From contig WGLX01000006.1 in assembly GCA_016125355.1 (NCBI GenBank), positions 109,047 to 173,046 on the forward strand: a DNA stretch of 64,000 nucleotides. The letters are read 5' to 3'. The position numbers and the translations under genes are program-made. The DNA is from Actinomycetales bacterium (GTDB lineage: Bacteria > Actinomycetota > Actinomycetes > S36-B12). Below, piece after piece: positions 1 to 9,136 of the stretch. How positions within the stretch are numbered: position 1 is the first letter of the stretch; each line of letters opens with the position of its first letter. Below the pieces are notes generated by a model. It saw nothing but the letters and a program-made list of their open reading frames with translations, was not told the origin of the DNA and did no database searches.

Positions 1-184
1 TGCGCATCAGGTCGGCGACATCCCAGGCGTACGACCGGATGATGCGCCGCCCAGTGGGGTCGTCCTCATTGGCGACCTCGGTACCGGTGATGCGGGCGAC
101 GAAGTGCGGTGTCTGCCACGTCCACAGCAGGATCCCGGGCTGGTCGGAGTACGTCCAGGGGATGGGCTCGGCGAGTTGAGTCAC
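1..184 (-). CDS. hypothetical protein, N-terminal part only (gene runs off the left edge)
   Basis: Not in the ORF track because it is truncated. GTG at 184-182 overlaps the TGA of the upstream gene (GTGA at 181-184). The frame VTQLAEPIPWTYSDQPGILLWTWQTPHFVARITGTEVANEDDPTGRRIIRSYAWDVADLMR stays open to position 1 with GC-rich third positions. No family recognised. Confidence 0.4.
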   Translation of the reverse strand, partial: MTQLAEPIPWTYSDQPGILLWTWQTPHFVARITGTEVANEDDPTGRRIIRSYAWDVADLMR

Positions 185-1341
185 TGCAGGCCCTGCGCGG
201 CGACCGAGTCCAGCACGCGGCTGACCGCGGCAGCCGCCGTCTTCGGCAGCACGTCCAGCTCGCGGGCGACCTCAGGGCGGCTGAGGTCCTCCCAGAAGGA
301 GAGGTACACGGCAGCCAAGGCTAGAGGATCCTGGGCCCGACGACCGGTGGACTCGGGGTTGTTCACCGCGGCCATGATGGCCCGGGTCAGCTGCGCGTTG
401 CGCTCGTGAGCGGTGGCGTCGAACTCGACGTCGACATCGTCGGCCACCTGCACCGTGTCGGTGAGCTCGCTGTCGGTCGAATCGCTCACCAGCGAGTGGT
501 AGTTGCGCATGCCCGACAGGGCGCGGATCGCCTGCTCGCGGCGACGCAGGTCGGTGACACTCGTCTTCAGGGCAGCGGCGAGCTCCGCCTCCGTGGCAGG
601 CCGCTGCTCCAGAGCCGCAATCTCGTCCGCCGCGCGGGTCAGGGCGATGCGGTCGCTGACCACTCCCCTGCCGTAGGCCGACCGCGCTGCGTCCTGGGGC
701 CAGGTGCGCAGCTTGCCGATCATGAACGCCAGGAAGTTCAGCATGCCGTTGCGCCCCTCGCGGCCCGCGTCGTACCGGTCTGCGTGGTCCGACACGAACA
801 GGTACATCATCGAGTGGACGTCCTGGTCGTCGACCAGATCGAGGTCGGCCACCAGCTTGCGCCGGATGGCGTAGAGCCTGGGGTAGAGCCAGTCCACCGC
901 CGCGGCGAGGAGATCCGGAAGGAGGGTGCCGGGGATGCGGTCGAGGTCGCGGAACGGCACGCCTGCCTCGACCCGGATGTTGACCGCCTCGACCTCGTGA
1001 TCCACGCACCACGCGCGGATCAGGTCACGTGCCTCGTGACCGAGTCCCTGCGGCACCCAGACACGGTGCTGCCCATCGCTCCACTGGCGCGTCCACGCGT
1101 CCATCGGCAGGTCGGCCAGCACCTGGCGGGCATCGAAGTCCCCGACCGCGTCCCAGTGGACGCGGTCGCACACCATCGGCGGCGCGAAGGCCAGGATCTC
1201 GGTCTCGTCCAGGCCTCCCACCGTGAGGTTGGGGACGCGCCGGCCCACCCGGTGCGTGGCCGTGATGATCGTGTCGTCGGGCCGTCCGGGCTCGTCATCA
1301 TTCAGGTCGATGCCCACGTCATCGACCTCGGGATCAGGCAC
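181..1341 (-). CDS. sigma-70-like protein with a long N-terminal extension (function unknown)
   Basis: 386-aa ORF. The C-terminus DPLALAAVYLSFWEDLSRPEVARELDVLPKTAAAAVSRVLDSV resembles a sigma region-4 HTH. The middle (MLNFLAFMIGKLRTW...ELAAALKTSVTDLRRREQAIRAL) resembles regions 2-3. The first ~170 aa are unrecognised. Confidence 0.45.
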   Translation of the reverse strand: MPDPEVDDVGIDLNDDEPGRPDDTIITATHRVGRRVPNLTVGGLDETEILAFAPPMVCDRVHWDAVGDFDARQVLADLPMDAWTRQWSDGQHRVWVPQGLGHEARDLIRAWCVDHEVEAVNIRVEAGVPFRDLDRIPGTLLPDLLAAAVDWLYPRLYAIRRKLVADLDLVDDQDVHSMMYLFVSDHADRYDAGREGRNGMLNFLAFMIGKLRTWPQDAARSAYGRGVVSDRIALTRAADEIAALEQRPATEAELAAALKTSVTDLRRREQAIRALSGMRNYHSLVSDSTDSELTDTVQVADDVDVEFDATAHERNAQLTRAIMAAVNNPESTGRRAQDPLALAAVYLSFWEDLSRPEVARELDVLPKTAAAAVSRVLDSVAAQGLQ

Positions 1342-1344
1342 CGC

Positions 1345-1782
1345 TCAGCCGACTCCGGCCAGGCGCTGGACCGCGAGCGCCATGGACATCTGCTCCGGGT
1401 GCGCCATCACGTGGGCTGCCAGCCGCGCCTCTGCGGAACTGGGGCGGGGCAGCGTCGCGAATGCCGGGTCGTAGCAGGCGAGCTCGTCGACGATCCGCTG
1501 GATGAGCTCAAGAGCGGCCCGCGCCTCCGGCGCGGCGACCTTGATGTCGTCGATGTCGCCCATGGTGACGGCGAGTGTGATGAGGACACGCGAATCGTCC
1601 GCCGCGAGCCCGGCGATGCGCACGGGAACAGCGGGCTCGGCGTCCAGGAACGCCGACAGCGCCTTCGCCGCAGCCGTCGCCGTCTGCCGCGTCGGCGCGA
1701 TTCGTACTCCGACGTCGAGTACCCGCCGGAGCCCGGCATAGGTATCGACGCTCTCCCTGATGGGTTGCGCAGTGCTAGCCAT
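1345..1782 (-). CDS. hypothetical protein
   Basis: 145-aa ORF with good GC3 bias. It ends 3 nt before the start of the sigma-like gene, so they are probably one operon. No motif recognised. Confidence 0.4.
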   Translation of the reverse strand: MASTAQPIRESVDTYAGLRRVLDVGVRIAPTRQTATAAAKALSAFLDAEPAVPVRIAGLAADDSRVLITLAVTMGDIDDIKVAAPEARAALELIQRIVDELACYDPAFATLPRPSSAEARLAAHVMAHPEQMSMALAVQRLAGVG

Positions 1783-1920
1783 CGGACAGCCACCTCCCCT
1801 TCAAGGTGCCTTTCCTACGTGGCCGACGGTAGGGGATCCGCAAGGGCTCCGAAAGAGGTCAGCGGGCCCGGAAGGGGATAGAGCCGGCTACATCTCCGCG
1901 CAGCGGGCCCGGACGTGCGA

Positions 1921-1951
1921 GGAGGGCGCGGTGCTGAGCACCGCGCCCTCC
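1921..1951 (-). terminator. stem-loop downstream of pilA (tail-less intrinsic terminator candidate)
   Basis: Perfect 14-bp inverted repeat GGAGGGCGCGGTGC-tga-GCACCGCGCCCTCC, 27 nt after the pilA stop. No U-tract follows on the minus strand. Confidence 0.5.
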
Positions 1952-1977
1952 CTCAGACCGTGTCTGACCTCAGATCA

Positions 1978-2460
1978 TCACCCGAAGCTGATGCCTGGCG
2001 CCGTCGCGGCGCACATGTCGGGATCGGTGGTCTGCAGCGTCACCGTCACGTCAGGGACGGAACCGAGGAAGCCGCCCTGTGCCGAGGAGTACACGTACTC
2101 CGGGCCGCCGGACTCGAGGTTGCAGCCGTAGATCTCGTAGGCGTTGTCCACCGTGGCGCCGTTCTCGGCGTACAGGTTGACGCTGATCGCGTTGTTGGGC
2201 GAGAGCACCGGGTTGGCCGGGTCGAGCGCGGAGACGTCGGCCGGGTAGGCGCCGTCCGTCGTGTACGCGGTCTCCATGACCGTGGCGAGGTTGCGGATGT
2301 CGGACTCCGCCGACGCGTTGCGCGCGGAGTTGCGCTGGTTGAGGAACACCGGAATGGCGATGGCGGCGAGGATGCCGATGATCACGACGACGACCAGCAA
2401 CTCGATGAGGGTGAAACCCGCCTCGCGGTCGTCACGTGGCTTCATGATGCGAGTGAGCAT
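1978..2460 (-). CDS. pilA: type IV major pilin (prepilin)
   Basis: ORF 1978..2553 trimmed to the ATG at 2460, which has AGGAGA 5-6 nt upstream. The N-terminus MLTRIMKPRDDREAG|FTLIELLVVVVIIGILAAIAIP is a class III signal (G-1, F+1, E+5) followed by a hydrophobic alpha-1 helix. Two C-terminal Cys (CNLESGG...DPDMC) could form a disulfide loop. Confidence 0.9.
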   Translation of the reverse strand: MLTRIMKPRDDREAGFTLIELLVVVVIIGILAAIAIPVFLNQRNSARNASAESDIRNLATVMETAYTTDGAYPADVSALDPANPVLSPNNAISVNLYAENGATVDNAYEIYGCNLESGGPEYVYSSAQGGFLGSVPDVTVTLQTTDPDMCAATAPGISFG

Positions 2461-2560
2461 GTCATTCTCCTGCTCGTTGGACCCCTCATGTGCTGCGGGG
2501 TGTCGTACCCGGATGGTTCCGACAACGAGGGTTTCGGACGGGAAGCCACCCACCTGAACC

Positions 2561-4600
2561 TCAGCGGGGAAGGAATTCGGCTATATCCGGGAGTGACGGA
2601 TCGGGAGCGCCGCCGGTCGCCTCCCACGCCGTGTCGACCCACCACTCCGGCGGCGTGATGACGACCTCCCAGCGTTGGGGTTGAACGACATCGGGCGGGC
2701 AGCCGCGCTCAACGAGCTCAGCATCGCCGCGCCGCGGACCCGTGATGCGGATCGCATCGGGATGCGCACGAAGCCAGTCACAGGCGGCATCGGCGTTGCG
2801 CCCCAACAGGATCTGTGCACCAGGCACGGGGGTGCCCCGGGCGCGCAGGAGTTGAGCGGCATGGGCGTCGTCATAGCGGAGCCACAGCTGCCAGCCCTGT
2901 GGGTTGATGAGGTACGGGATCGTGGGCACGTCCGGGTTGGCCCGAACGTCCGCCACGTCCAGGACGGCGAGCGGCACCTGGGGGGTGGGGCCGCCCGGGT
3001 CGAAGGCCCCTCGGATGTTCTGCCACAGGCTGTCCGACAGCACCCCCAACATCACGGCCGCCACGACGGCGACCGGCAGGATGCCCGCCGCCAGCCGCAC
3101 CGGCGAGGACGCGATCGCGGCTCGCGCCTGGGAGGTCCACCATGCTCGAACCGCGATCACGGTGGCCGCGGCGGCGGCCGGGAGAGCGACCACCTCGAGA
3201 TGCCACAGCGTCTTCGAGGCGTAGTAGGGCAGCGTCGTCAGCGATCCGCCGCCGAGCACGATCAGGGCGCCGGCGACCGCAACGAGTGCACCGATGAGGA
3301 CCGTGGTCGAGCAGGCGAGTGCGCTGGTTCGCATACGGGTGACCCACAACCCGATCAACGCCACCGCGATTAGGGCCACGACCCACGCCATCGATGCGGC
3401 AGGGACGACAGCGGCAGCACCTGCCTGTGCCCGTCCCTCCTCCCCGAAGGTGGTCGCGGCCAAGGGCGCCACGAGGATCATCGCGGCCACCACGGTCGCC
3501 ACCACGGGCCAGGGGTGACGGTGACCGCTGCGCAGCCACCGGACCATCCAGAAGGCCGTGACGGCTGCGGCGGCGAGGGCAAGCGGCTGCCAGAGGTAGA
3601 ACAGCACCAGCACGGCCGCGATCCCGGCCAGGAGCCGGCGCAGGTCCGCCGCAGGCCCGGAGGCGGCGTCACCGACGAGCAGCAGCACGGCCATGGTCGT
3701 GCAGGCCGCACTCGTGGTCAGGAAGCCGCTGCTCGGGAGGTTGTAGAGACCCTGGTCGGTCAGCAGGAATGCACCTGCGACCAGCGCGGCGACCGCGGCG
3801 GCCGACCCCGAGGCCCCGCCTCGCACCGCATAGCGGGTGGCGAGCAGGGAGACCGCCGCGACGCTCGCGACGGCGCTGACCGCCAGCGCCACCATGACCG
3901 CCGTGATGGCCGGCACCCACGCGTCCGCCGGGTCGCTCACCGGCCCGACCGTGCCGAGGATCGTGGCCAGCAGGGCGTGCGGGCCCCGCGGGTAGATCGT
4001 CAGCTGATCCGGCGCCGAGACGGAAGCCGGGTCGTAGGAGAGCCGTCCCGCCCGAAGGGCGTCCACGACCATGGCAGCGTGGTTGAGCGGGTCCGTGAGC
4101 CGCCATGTGGGCCGGCTCCAGTACGCCATGGGATGCGCGAACCGGAACACCTGGCCGGCCGCCAGCACGAGCGCGGGAGCCCAGGCCAGCAGTGACAGTC
4201 GTGACCACGTGGCGACCTCTCCGCCGCGTCGCCATGCGACGGAGCCCAGGATGACGGCCACCGCCACCAACGCCCAGAGGCCGTCGAACGGCCGCAGGCC
4301 CAGCGCGCTGGCGGGGACGACCACGATGATGCCCGCGAGCAGCGTCGCGACGAGGGACGAGGGAAGCCACGCCAGCGCATCCGTGAACCCACCCCGATGC
4401 CCGGCTGGCTGCGGGGCGACGGCGAGCAGGCCGAGGCCGCAGAGCAATAGCGCGACGACGGGCGTGAGCCCGAGGACGACGGCGATGAGCATGACCGCTG
4501 CGACACCGGCCGTGACCGGTCGACGCGGGATCCGCGCGTGCGGTGCGACCCAGTGCGGCTCCAGCCCGCGGCCCGCAAGCGCCTCCGCGCCCTCGGCCAT
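2561..4600 (-). CDS. large polytopic membrane protein with a C-terminal soluble domain (candidate GT-C-like pilin-modifying enzyme; function unproven)
   Basis: ORF 2561..5110 trimmed to the ATG at 4600 (MAEGAEALAG...), which overlaps the pilC stop as TAATG. It is 679 aa, with many hydrophobic segments over ~480 aa and then a ~190-aa hydrophilic tail. It sits between pilC and pilA. Confidence 0.7.
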   Translation of the reverse strand: MAEGAEALAGRGLEPHWVAPHARIPRRPVTAGVAAVMLIAVVLGLTPVVALLLCGLGLLAVAPQPAGHRGGFTDALAWLPSSLVATLLAGIIVVVPASALGLRPFDGLWALVAVAVILGSVAWRRGGEVATWSRLSLLAWAPALVLAAGQVFRFAHPMAYWSRPTWRLTDPLNHAAMVVDALRAGRLSYDPASVSAPDQLTIYPRGPHALLATILGTVGPVSDPADAWVPAITAVMVALAVSAVASVAAVSLLATRYAVRGGASGSAAAVAALVAGAFLLTDQGLYNLPSSGFLTTSAACTTMAVLLLVGDAASGPAADLRRLLAGIAAVLVLFYLWQPLALAAAAVTAFWMVRWLRSGHRHPWPVVATVVAAMILVAPLAATTFGEEGRAQAGAAAVVPAASMAWVVALIAVALIGLWVTRMRTSALACSTTVLIGALVAVAGALIVLGGGSLTTLPYYASKTLWHLEVVALPAAAAATVIAVRAWWTSQARAAIASSPVRLAAGILPVAVVAAVMLGVLSDSLWQNIRGAFDPGGPTPQVPLAVLDVADVRANPDVPTIPYLINPQGWQLWLRYDDAHAAQLLRARGTPVPGAQILLGRNADAACDWLRAHPDAIRITGPRRGDAELVERGCPPDVVQPQRWEVVITPPEWWVDTAWEATGGAPDPSLPDIAEFLPR

Positions 4601-5817
4601 TACTTGATCAGGTCGAAGATCATGAAGATCGGCATGTACATGGCGATGATCATGGCGCCGACGACCCCGCCGAGGACCATGATCATGATCGGCTCGAGGA
4701 GGGCCATCAGCGACTCCGTCGTGGCCTCGACCTCCTGGTCGTAGAAGTCCGCGATCTTGCTCAGCATCGCGTCGAGGGCACCGGTGTCCTCGCCGACCGC
4801 GATCATCTGAACGACCATCTCCGGGAAGATCGAGTGCTCGGTGAGCGGCTTCGCGATGCCCGTGCCGTCCCGCACGCTGTCCTTCACCTCGGCGACCGCG
4901 TCCATGATGATGACGTTGCCGGATGTCTCGCCGACGATGTCGAGGGTGGTGAGGATCGGCACCCCGGCCTTGAGCAGCGTCGAGAAGTTGCGGGTGAACC
5001 GCGCGAGCGCGACCTTCTGGAAGAGCTTCCCGAAGACGGGGATCCGGAAGCGCAGGGGGTCCATGACGCGCTTGACCCGAGGCTTGTTCTTGTTCTTCCG
5101 GTACCACCACGTGGCGCCGATGACGATGGTCAGGAACGGCACGAAGAACATCGGGTTCGTCACCAGGTGCGACGCCCCCACGAGGATCCGGGTCGGCAGG
5201 GGCAGCTCGCCGCCGAACTCGGCGAACAGGCCGGCGAAGACGGGGACGATGAAGATCAGCATGCCCGTGACGATGAGCACGGCGAGCACGGCGACCGCGA
5301 TCGGGTAGGTGAGCGCGGCCTTGATCTTGCCGCGCAGCTTGACGTCCGCCTCGATGGACTCGGCGATCTGCAGCATCGTCGAGTCGAGGAACCCGCCGAG
5401 CTCGCCGGCGCGGACCATGGCCACCATGAGCGGCGGGAAGTCCTCGTGGTCCGCCAGCGCACCCGAGAGCGAGTCGCCCTTCTCCACCTGGTCCCGCACC
5501 TCGAGCAGCAGGTCGCGGAGGCGGTCGCTCTCGGTCTGCTCCGACAGGATCGACAGGCAGCGCAGGATCGGCAGGCCCGATGCGAGCATCGTGGCGAACT
5601 GGCGAGTGAAGATCGCCATGTCCTTGAGCTTGACCCGCGGCTTGCGCAGGTGGAGCTCCTTGTTCATGCCGCGCCCGCTGACCTCCACGGCGATGGGGGT
5701 CATGCCCTGCTGGCGCACCCGGGCCAGGGCCTCAGCCTCGCTGATGACCTTCATCTTCGACTCGACCAGGGAGCCGTTGCGGGCCCTCGCCTTGACGAGG
5801 TACTCAGTCAGTGGCAT
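4600..5817 (-). CDS. pilC: type IV pilus platform protein PilC (GspF family)
   Basis: 405 aa with the duplicated GspF architecture, e.g. FTRQFATMLASGLPILRCL and FTRNFSTLLKAGVPILTTL, and three TM segments. It overlaps the pilT stop. Confidence 0.93.
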   Translation of the reverse strand: MPLTEYLVKARARNGSLVESKMKVISEAEALARVRQQGMTPIAVEVSGRGMNKELHLRKPRVKLKDMAIFTRQFATMLASGLPILRCLSILSEQTESDRLRDLLLEVRDQVEKGDSLSGALADHEDFPPLMVAMVRAGELGGFLDSTMLQIAESIEADVKLRGKIKAALTYPIAVAVLAVLIVTGMLIFIVPVFAGLFAEFGGELPLPTRILVGASHLVTNPMFFVPFLTIVIGATWWYRKNKNKPRVKRVMDPLRFRIPVFGKLFQKVALARFTRNFSTLLKAGVPILTTLDIVGETSGNVIIMDAVAEVKDSVRDGTGIAKPLTEHSIFPEMVVQMIAVGEDTGALDAMLSKIADFYDQEVEATTESLMALLEPIMIMVLGGVVGAMIIAMYMPIFMIFDLIK

Positions 5818-7207
5818 CGGCGCTCCTGCCCAGCAGCTGGTTCAGCTCGGAGAGGTCGGAGCACTTCTCGCGGGCCGTGTCCCAGGTGATGGTGCCCTCC
5901 TGGACGCGCTTCGCGAGGTCCTGGTTGAGGGTGTGCATGCCGAAGCGGGCGCCGGTCTGGAGGGCGGACGGGATGGACTGCAGCTTGCCCTCGCGGATCA
6001 GGTTGCGCACCGCCGGCGTGGCGATCATGACCTCCGTGGCCGCGACGCGCCCCTTGCCGTCGGCGGTCTTGCAGAGCGTCTGGCAGACCACGGCCTGGAT
6101 CGACGCCGCGAGCTGCGTGCGGATCTGGGACTGCTGCTCGGGCGGGAAAACGTCGATCACGCGGTCGATCGTCGTGGCGGCGGAGCTCGTGTGCAGCGTG
6201 CCGAAGACGAGGTGGCCGGTCTCCGCCGCGGTGAGGGCGATGGCGATCGTCTCGAGATCGCGCATCTCGCCGACGAGGATGATGTCGGGATCCTGGCGCA
6301 GGGCGTGCTTGAGCGCGTTCTGGAAGGACAGCGTGTCCTGCCCGACCTCGCGCTGGTTGACGACGCACTTCCGGTGCTGGTGCACGAACTCGATCGGGTC
6401 CTCGATGGTGATGATGTGCCCCTTGCGGGTGCGGTTCGCCTTGTCGATGATGGCGGCAAGGGTCGTGGACTTGCCGGAGCCGGTCGGCCCGGTCACCAGG
6501 ACGAGGCCACGCGGCAGGTCGGCGAAGTCGCCGAGCTCCATCGGCATGCGCAGCGCCTCGAGCGGCAGGATCTCCCAGGGGATCGCGCGGAGGACAGCAC
6601 CCATGTTGTTCTGCTGCTGCAGGATGTTGACGCGGAAGCGGGCGGCACCGGGCAGCTGGTAGGCGAGATCGAGCTCCTTGGTCTCCTCGAAGCGCTGCTT
6701 CTGCCGGTCCGTGAGGATGGCGTAGATGGACTCCTGCACCTGGTGTGCGGAGAGCGGACGGTAGCCCGGCACCGGTTCCAGGTCACCGTGCACCCGGATC
6801 ATGGGCGGCGAGTGGACCGACAGGTGCAGGTCCGATCCGCCCTGCTCGAGCAGGTACAGCAGGATCTCGTCGAGGGAGATCTCCGCCTCGGTCGCTCCTA
6901 CCGTCTGGCGCTCGATGGCGACGATGCCCTCGTCGGATGCCGACGGAGGCGCCGCCGGGATCAGGTCCTCCTCCGAGGCACGTGCCTGCCCGCCCAAGGA
7001 CGACGCGCGGCTGACCGCGATCGGGGGCGGCGGCGCCACGGGGATCGTGGCCGGGGCGGCCACCGGGATGGTCGCAGGCCGGGGCTCCGAGTCCGCTGCC
7101 GCGACCATCGCGGCGAAGGGGGGTCGCTCCGCGCTCCGGTCCGGCCCCCCGGCCGGCGGGCGGCCGTTCATCAGCGGGAGGGTGAACTCCTCGTCAGGCG
7201 ATGACAC
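5804..7207 (-). CDS. pilT: PilT-family retraction ATPase with a Pro/Ala-rich N-terminal extension
   Basis: Walker A VTGPTGSGKSTTLAA, the Asp box IITIEDPIEF, the His box HLVFGTLHT and the sequence GGSDLHL. The ~110-aa N-terminal extension contains PATIPVAAPATIPVAPPPP. Confidence 0.9.
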   Translation of the reverse strand: MSSPDEEFTLPLMNGRPPAGGPDRSAERPPFAAMVAAADSEPRPATIPVAAPATIPVAPPPPIAVSRASSLGGQARASEEDLIPAAPPSASDEGIVAIERQTVGATEAEISLDEILLYLLEQGGSDLHLSVHSPPMIRVHGDLEPVPGYRPLSAHQVQESIYAILTDRQKQRFEETKELDLAYQLPGAARFRVNILQQQNNMGAVLRAIPWEILPLEALRMPMELGDFADLPRGLVLVTGPTGSGKSTTLAAIIDKANRTRKGHIITIEDPIEFVHQHRKCVVNQREVGQDTLSFQNALKHALRQDPDIILVGEMRDLETIAIALTAAETGHLVFGTLHTSSAATTIDRVIDVFPPEQQSQIRTQLAASIQAVVCQTLCKTADGKGRVAATEVMIATPAVRNLIREGKLQSIPSALQTGARFGMHTLNQDLAKRVQEGTITWDTAREKCSDLSELNQLLGRSADATD

Positions 7208-8864
7208 GGAGCACCTCCCCGATCGTCGTCACGCCCTGCGCCACCTTGAGCCAGCCGTCCTGGCGCAGCGTGCGCATCCCCTGCTCGACGGCCACGGCAC
7301 GCACCTCCTCTGATGATGCGTTTCGGACCGCCAGCTTGCCGAGGTCCTCGGACATGGTCATGACCTCGTGCATCGCGAGGCGTCCTCGGTAGCCGGTGTT
7401 GGCGCAGCTGGTGCAGCCCACCGGCTCGAAGAAGGTCGGGGTGATGCCGGGTGGTGACTCGAACTGCACCGCCGCGAGCTCGGCGGCCGACTTCTCGACG
7501 GGCGCCTTGCACTTGGTGCACAGGCGTCGGGCGAGTCGCTGACCGGTGGCGCACTCGAGCGCGGAAGCGACCAGGAACGGCTCGATGCCCATCTCGGTGA
7601 GTCGGGTGATGACGCTGGGCGCGTCGTTGGTGTGGAGGGTCGTCAGCACGAGGTGGCCGGTGAGCGCCGACTCGATGGCGATCTGCGCCGTCTCGTGGTC
7701 GCGGATCTCGCCGATCAGGATGATGTCGGGGTCGGCACGCAGGATGGACCGCAGGGCGGCCGCGAACGTCAGGCCGGCCTTGGCGTGGGTCTGCACCTGG
7801 TTGATGCCGGGGATCCGGTACTCGACCGGGTCCTCGACCGTGACGATGTTGACCTCCGACCGCGCGACGGCGTTCAGAGTCGCGTACAGCGACGTCGACT
7901 TGCCCGATCCGGTCGGCCCGCTGACGATCAGCATGCCGTAGGGACGCTCGTAGGCAGTGCGCCACTTGCGCAGGTTCTCCGGCGAGTACCCCAGGTCCGG
8001 AAGCGCCATCTGCGCTGCCGAGTTGTCCAGGATGCGCATGACGATCTTCTCGCCCCACACGGTGGGCAGGCAGTTCACGCGGAGGTCGATCTTGCGCCCA
8101 CGGGAGACGACCGTGAGGCGCCCGTCCTGCGGCAGCCGGCGCTCCGCGATGTCCATGTCGCTCATGATCTTCAGCCGGGAGATGATCGCCGCCTGGATCT
8201 CCTTCGGCGCCGGGGCCATCTCCTTGAGGACGCCGTCGATGCGGAACCGGATGCGGATATTGCTCTCACTCGGCTCGACGTGGATGTCGGAGGCGTTGTC
8301 CGAGATCGCCTGGTTGAGCAGCAGGTTCACGTAGCGGACCAGGGGGGCGTCGGAGGTCGAGGCCACCGGCGCGAGGATGTCGATCGCCTGCTCGTCCTCG
8401 AGCATGTCGCGCACCAGCTCGCCGAGCTCGGCCTCCGCGCGGTACAGCAGGTTCAGCCGGGTCTGGATCTCCGTCTTCATGGCGCACGCGAAGCGCACCG
8501 GATGACGGGTGATCGCCTGGAGATCGTCGCGGACCTGCCAGTTCATCGCGGTCTGGGAGTCGGCCACCACCACGAGGACGTCGCCGTCGAATGCCATGGG
8601 GATGACGCCGTACTTGCGGGCCTGGTCGCCGGTGAGCAGCGTCATGGCCCCAGGGTCGACCGGCACGTCCATGATCTCGACGAAGTCGAGGCCGGCGGCC
8701 TGCACTGTGCAGCGGACGACGTCCTTCTTCGTGACGGCGCCCTGCTGCACCAGCACGTTGAGGACCGGCTCCCCCATGGCTCCGGCGGTGGCCTCGGCCG
8801 CGGCGAGCTGGTCCCCCGTGATCAGGCCCTCCGAGACCAGGACTCCGGCGACAGACGTGCTCAT
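7194..8864 (-). CDS. pilB: type IV pilus assembly ATPase PilB (GspE family)
   Basis: 556 aa with an N-terminal MshEN-like domain, Walker A SGPTGSGKSTSLYA and the tetracysteine motif CTKCK...CTSC. ATGA overlap with the upstream small ORF. Confidence 0.93.
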   Translation of the reverse strand: MSTSVAGVLVSEGLITGDQLAAAEATAGAMGEPVLNVLVQQGAVTKKDVVRCTVQAAGLDFVEIMDVPVDPGAMTLLTGDQARKYGVIPMAFDGDVLVVVADSQTAMNWQVRDDLQAITRHPVRFACAMKTEIQTRLNLLYRAEAELGELVRDMLEDEQAIDILAPVASTSDAPLVRYVNLLLNQAISDNASDIHVEPSESNIRIRFRIDGVLKEMAPAPKEIQAAIISRLKIMSDMDIAERRLPQDGRLTVVSRGRKIDLRVNCLPTVWGEKIVMRILDNSAAQMALPDLGYSPENLRKWRTAYERPYGMLIVSGPTGSGKSTSLYATLNAVARSEVNIVTVEDPVEYRIPGINQVQTHAKAGLTFAAALRSILRADPDIILIGEIRDHETAQIAIESALTGHLVLTTLHTNDAPSVITRLTEMGIEPFLVASALECATGQRLARRLCTKCKAPVEKSAAELAAVQFESPPGITPTFFEPVGCTSCANTGYRGRLAMHEVMTMSEDLGKLAVRNASSEEVRAVAVEQGMRTLRQDGWLKVAQGVTTIGEVLRVIA

Positions 8865-9136
8865 GGGGTACCCCTCCCCTCCACAGTCGCAGGATAGGTC
8901 GGATCGAGCAGGGAGTCGACGAGGGACAGATCCGCGCGATAGAGCCCGATCAACTCCTCCGTGAGCCGGGAGAGCTCGGATTCCGCGTCCGCGAGCCCCT
9001 CGGACAGGCCGCCCTGCTGGGCGCGCAGTCGTCGCACCTCGACCGAGCGGCGCATCTCGGCGCGGCGGGTCCGCACGCGACGCAGGTCCTCGACCCTGGT
9101 CGCATGCTGGTCCTCGACACGCTCAGCCATGGTCAC
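8861..9136 (-). CDS. small Arg-rich coiled-coil protein (unknown)
   Basis: 91-aa ORF wedged between the second PilT-like gene and pilB with 4-nt overlaps at both ends. Charged heptad-like sequence (RVEDLRRVRTRRAEMRRSVEVRRLRAQQ). Confidence 0.5.
   Translation of the reverse strand: MTMAERVEDQHATRVEDLRRVRTRRAEMRRSVEVRRLRAQQGGLSEGLADAESELSRLTEELIGLYRADLSLVDSLLDPTYPATVEGRGTP

Noticed and set aside
406-1881. 491-aa plus-strand ORF
   Set aside because: It is antisense to the two better-supported minus-strand genes (181..1341 and 1345..1782). The composition is rich in Arg/Gly/His/Val, typical of GC-rich shadow frames, and no motif was recognised.
4601-5110. N-terminal 170 aa of track ORF 2561..5110
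   Set aside because: This part overlaps pilC in another frame and reads as an Arg/Gly/His-rich low-information sequence. The real start is taken as the ATG at 4600, coupled to the pilC stop.
5309-7204. 631-aa plus-strand ORF
   Set aside because: It lies exactly antisense to pilC and pilT, which have unambiguous Walker and GspF motifs. It is a shadow ORF.
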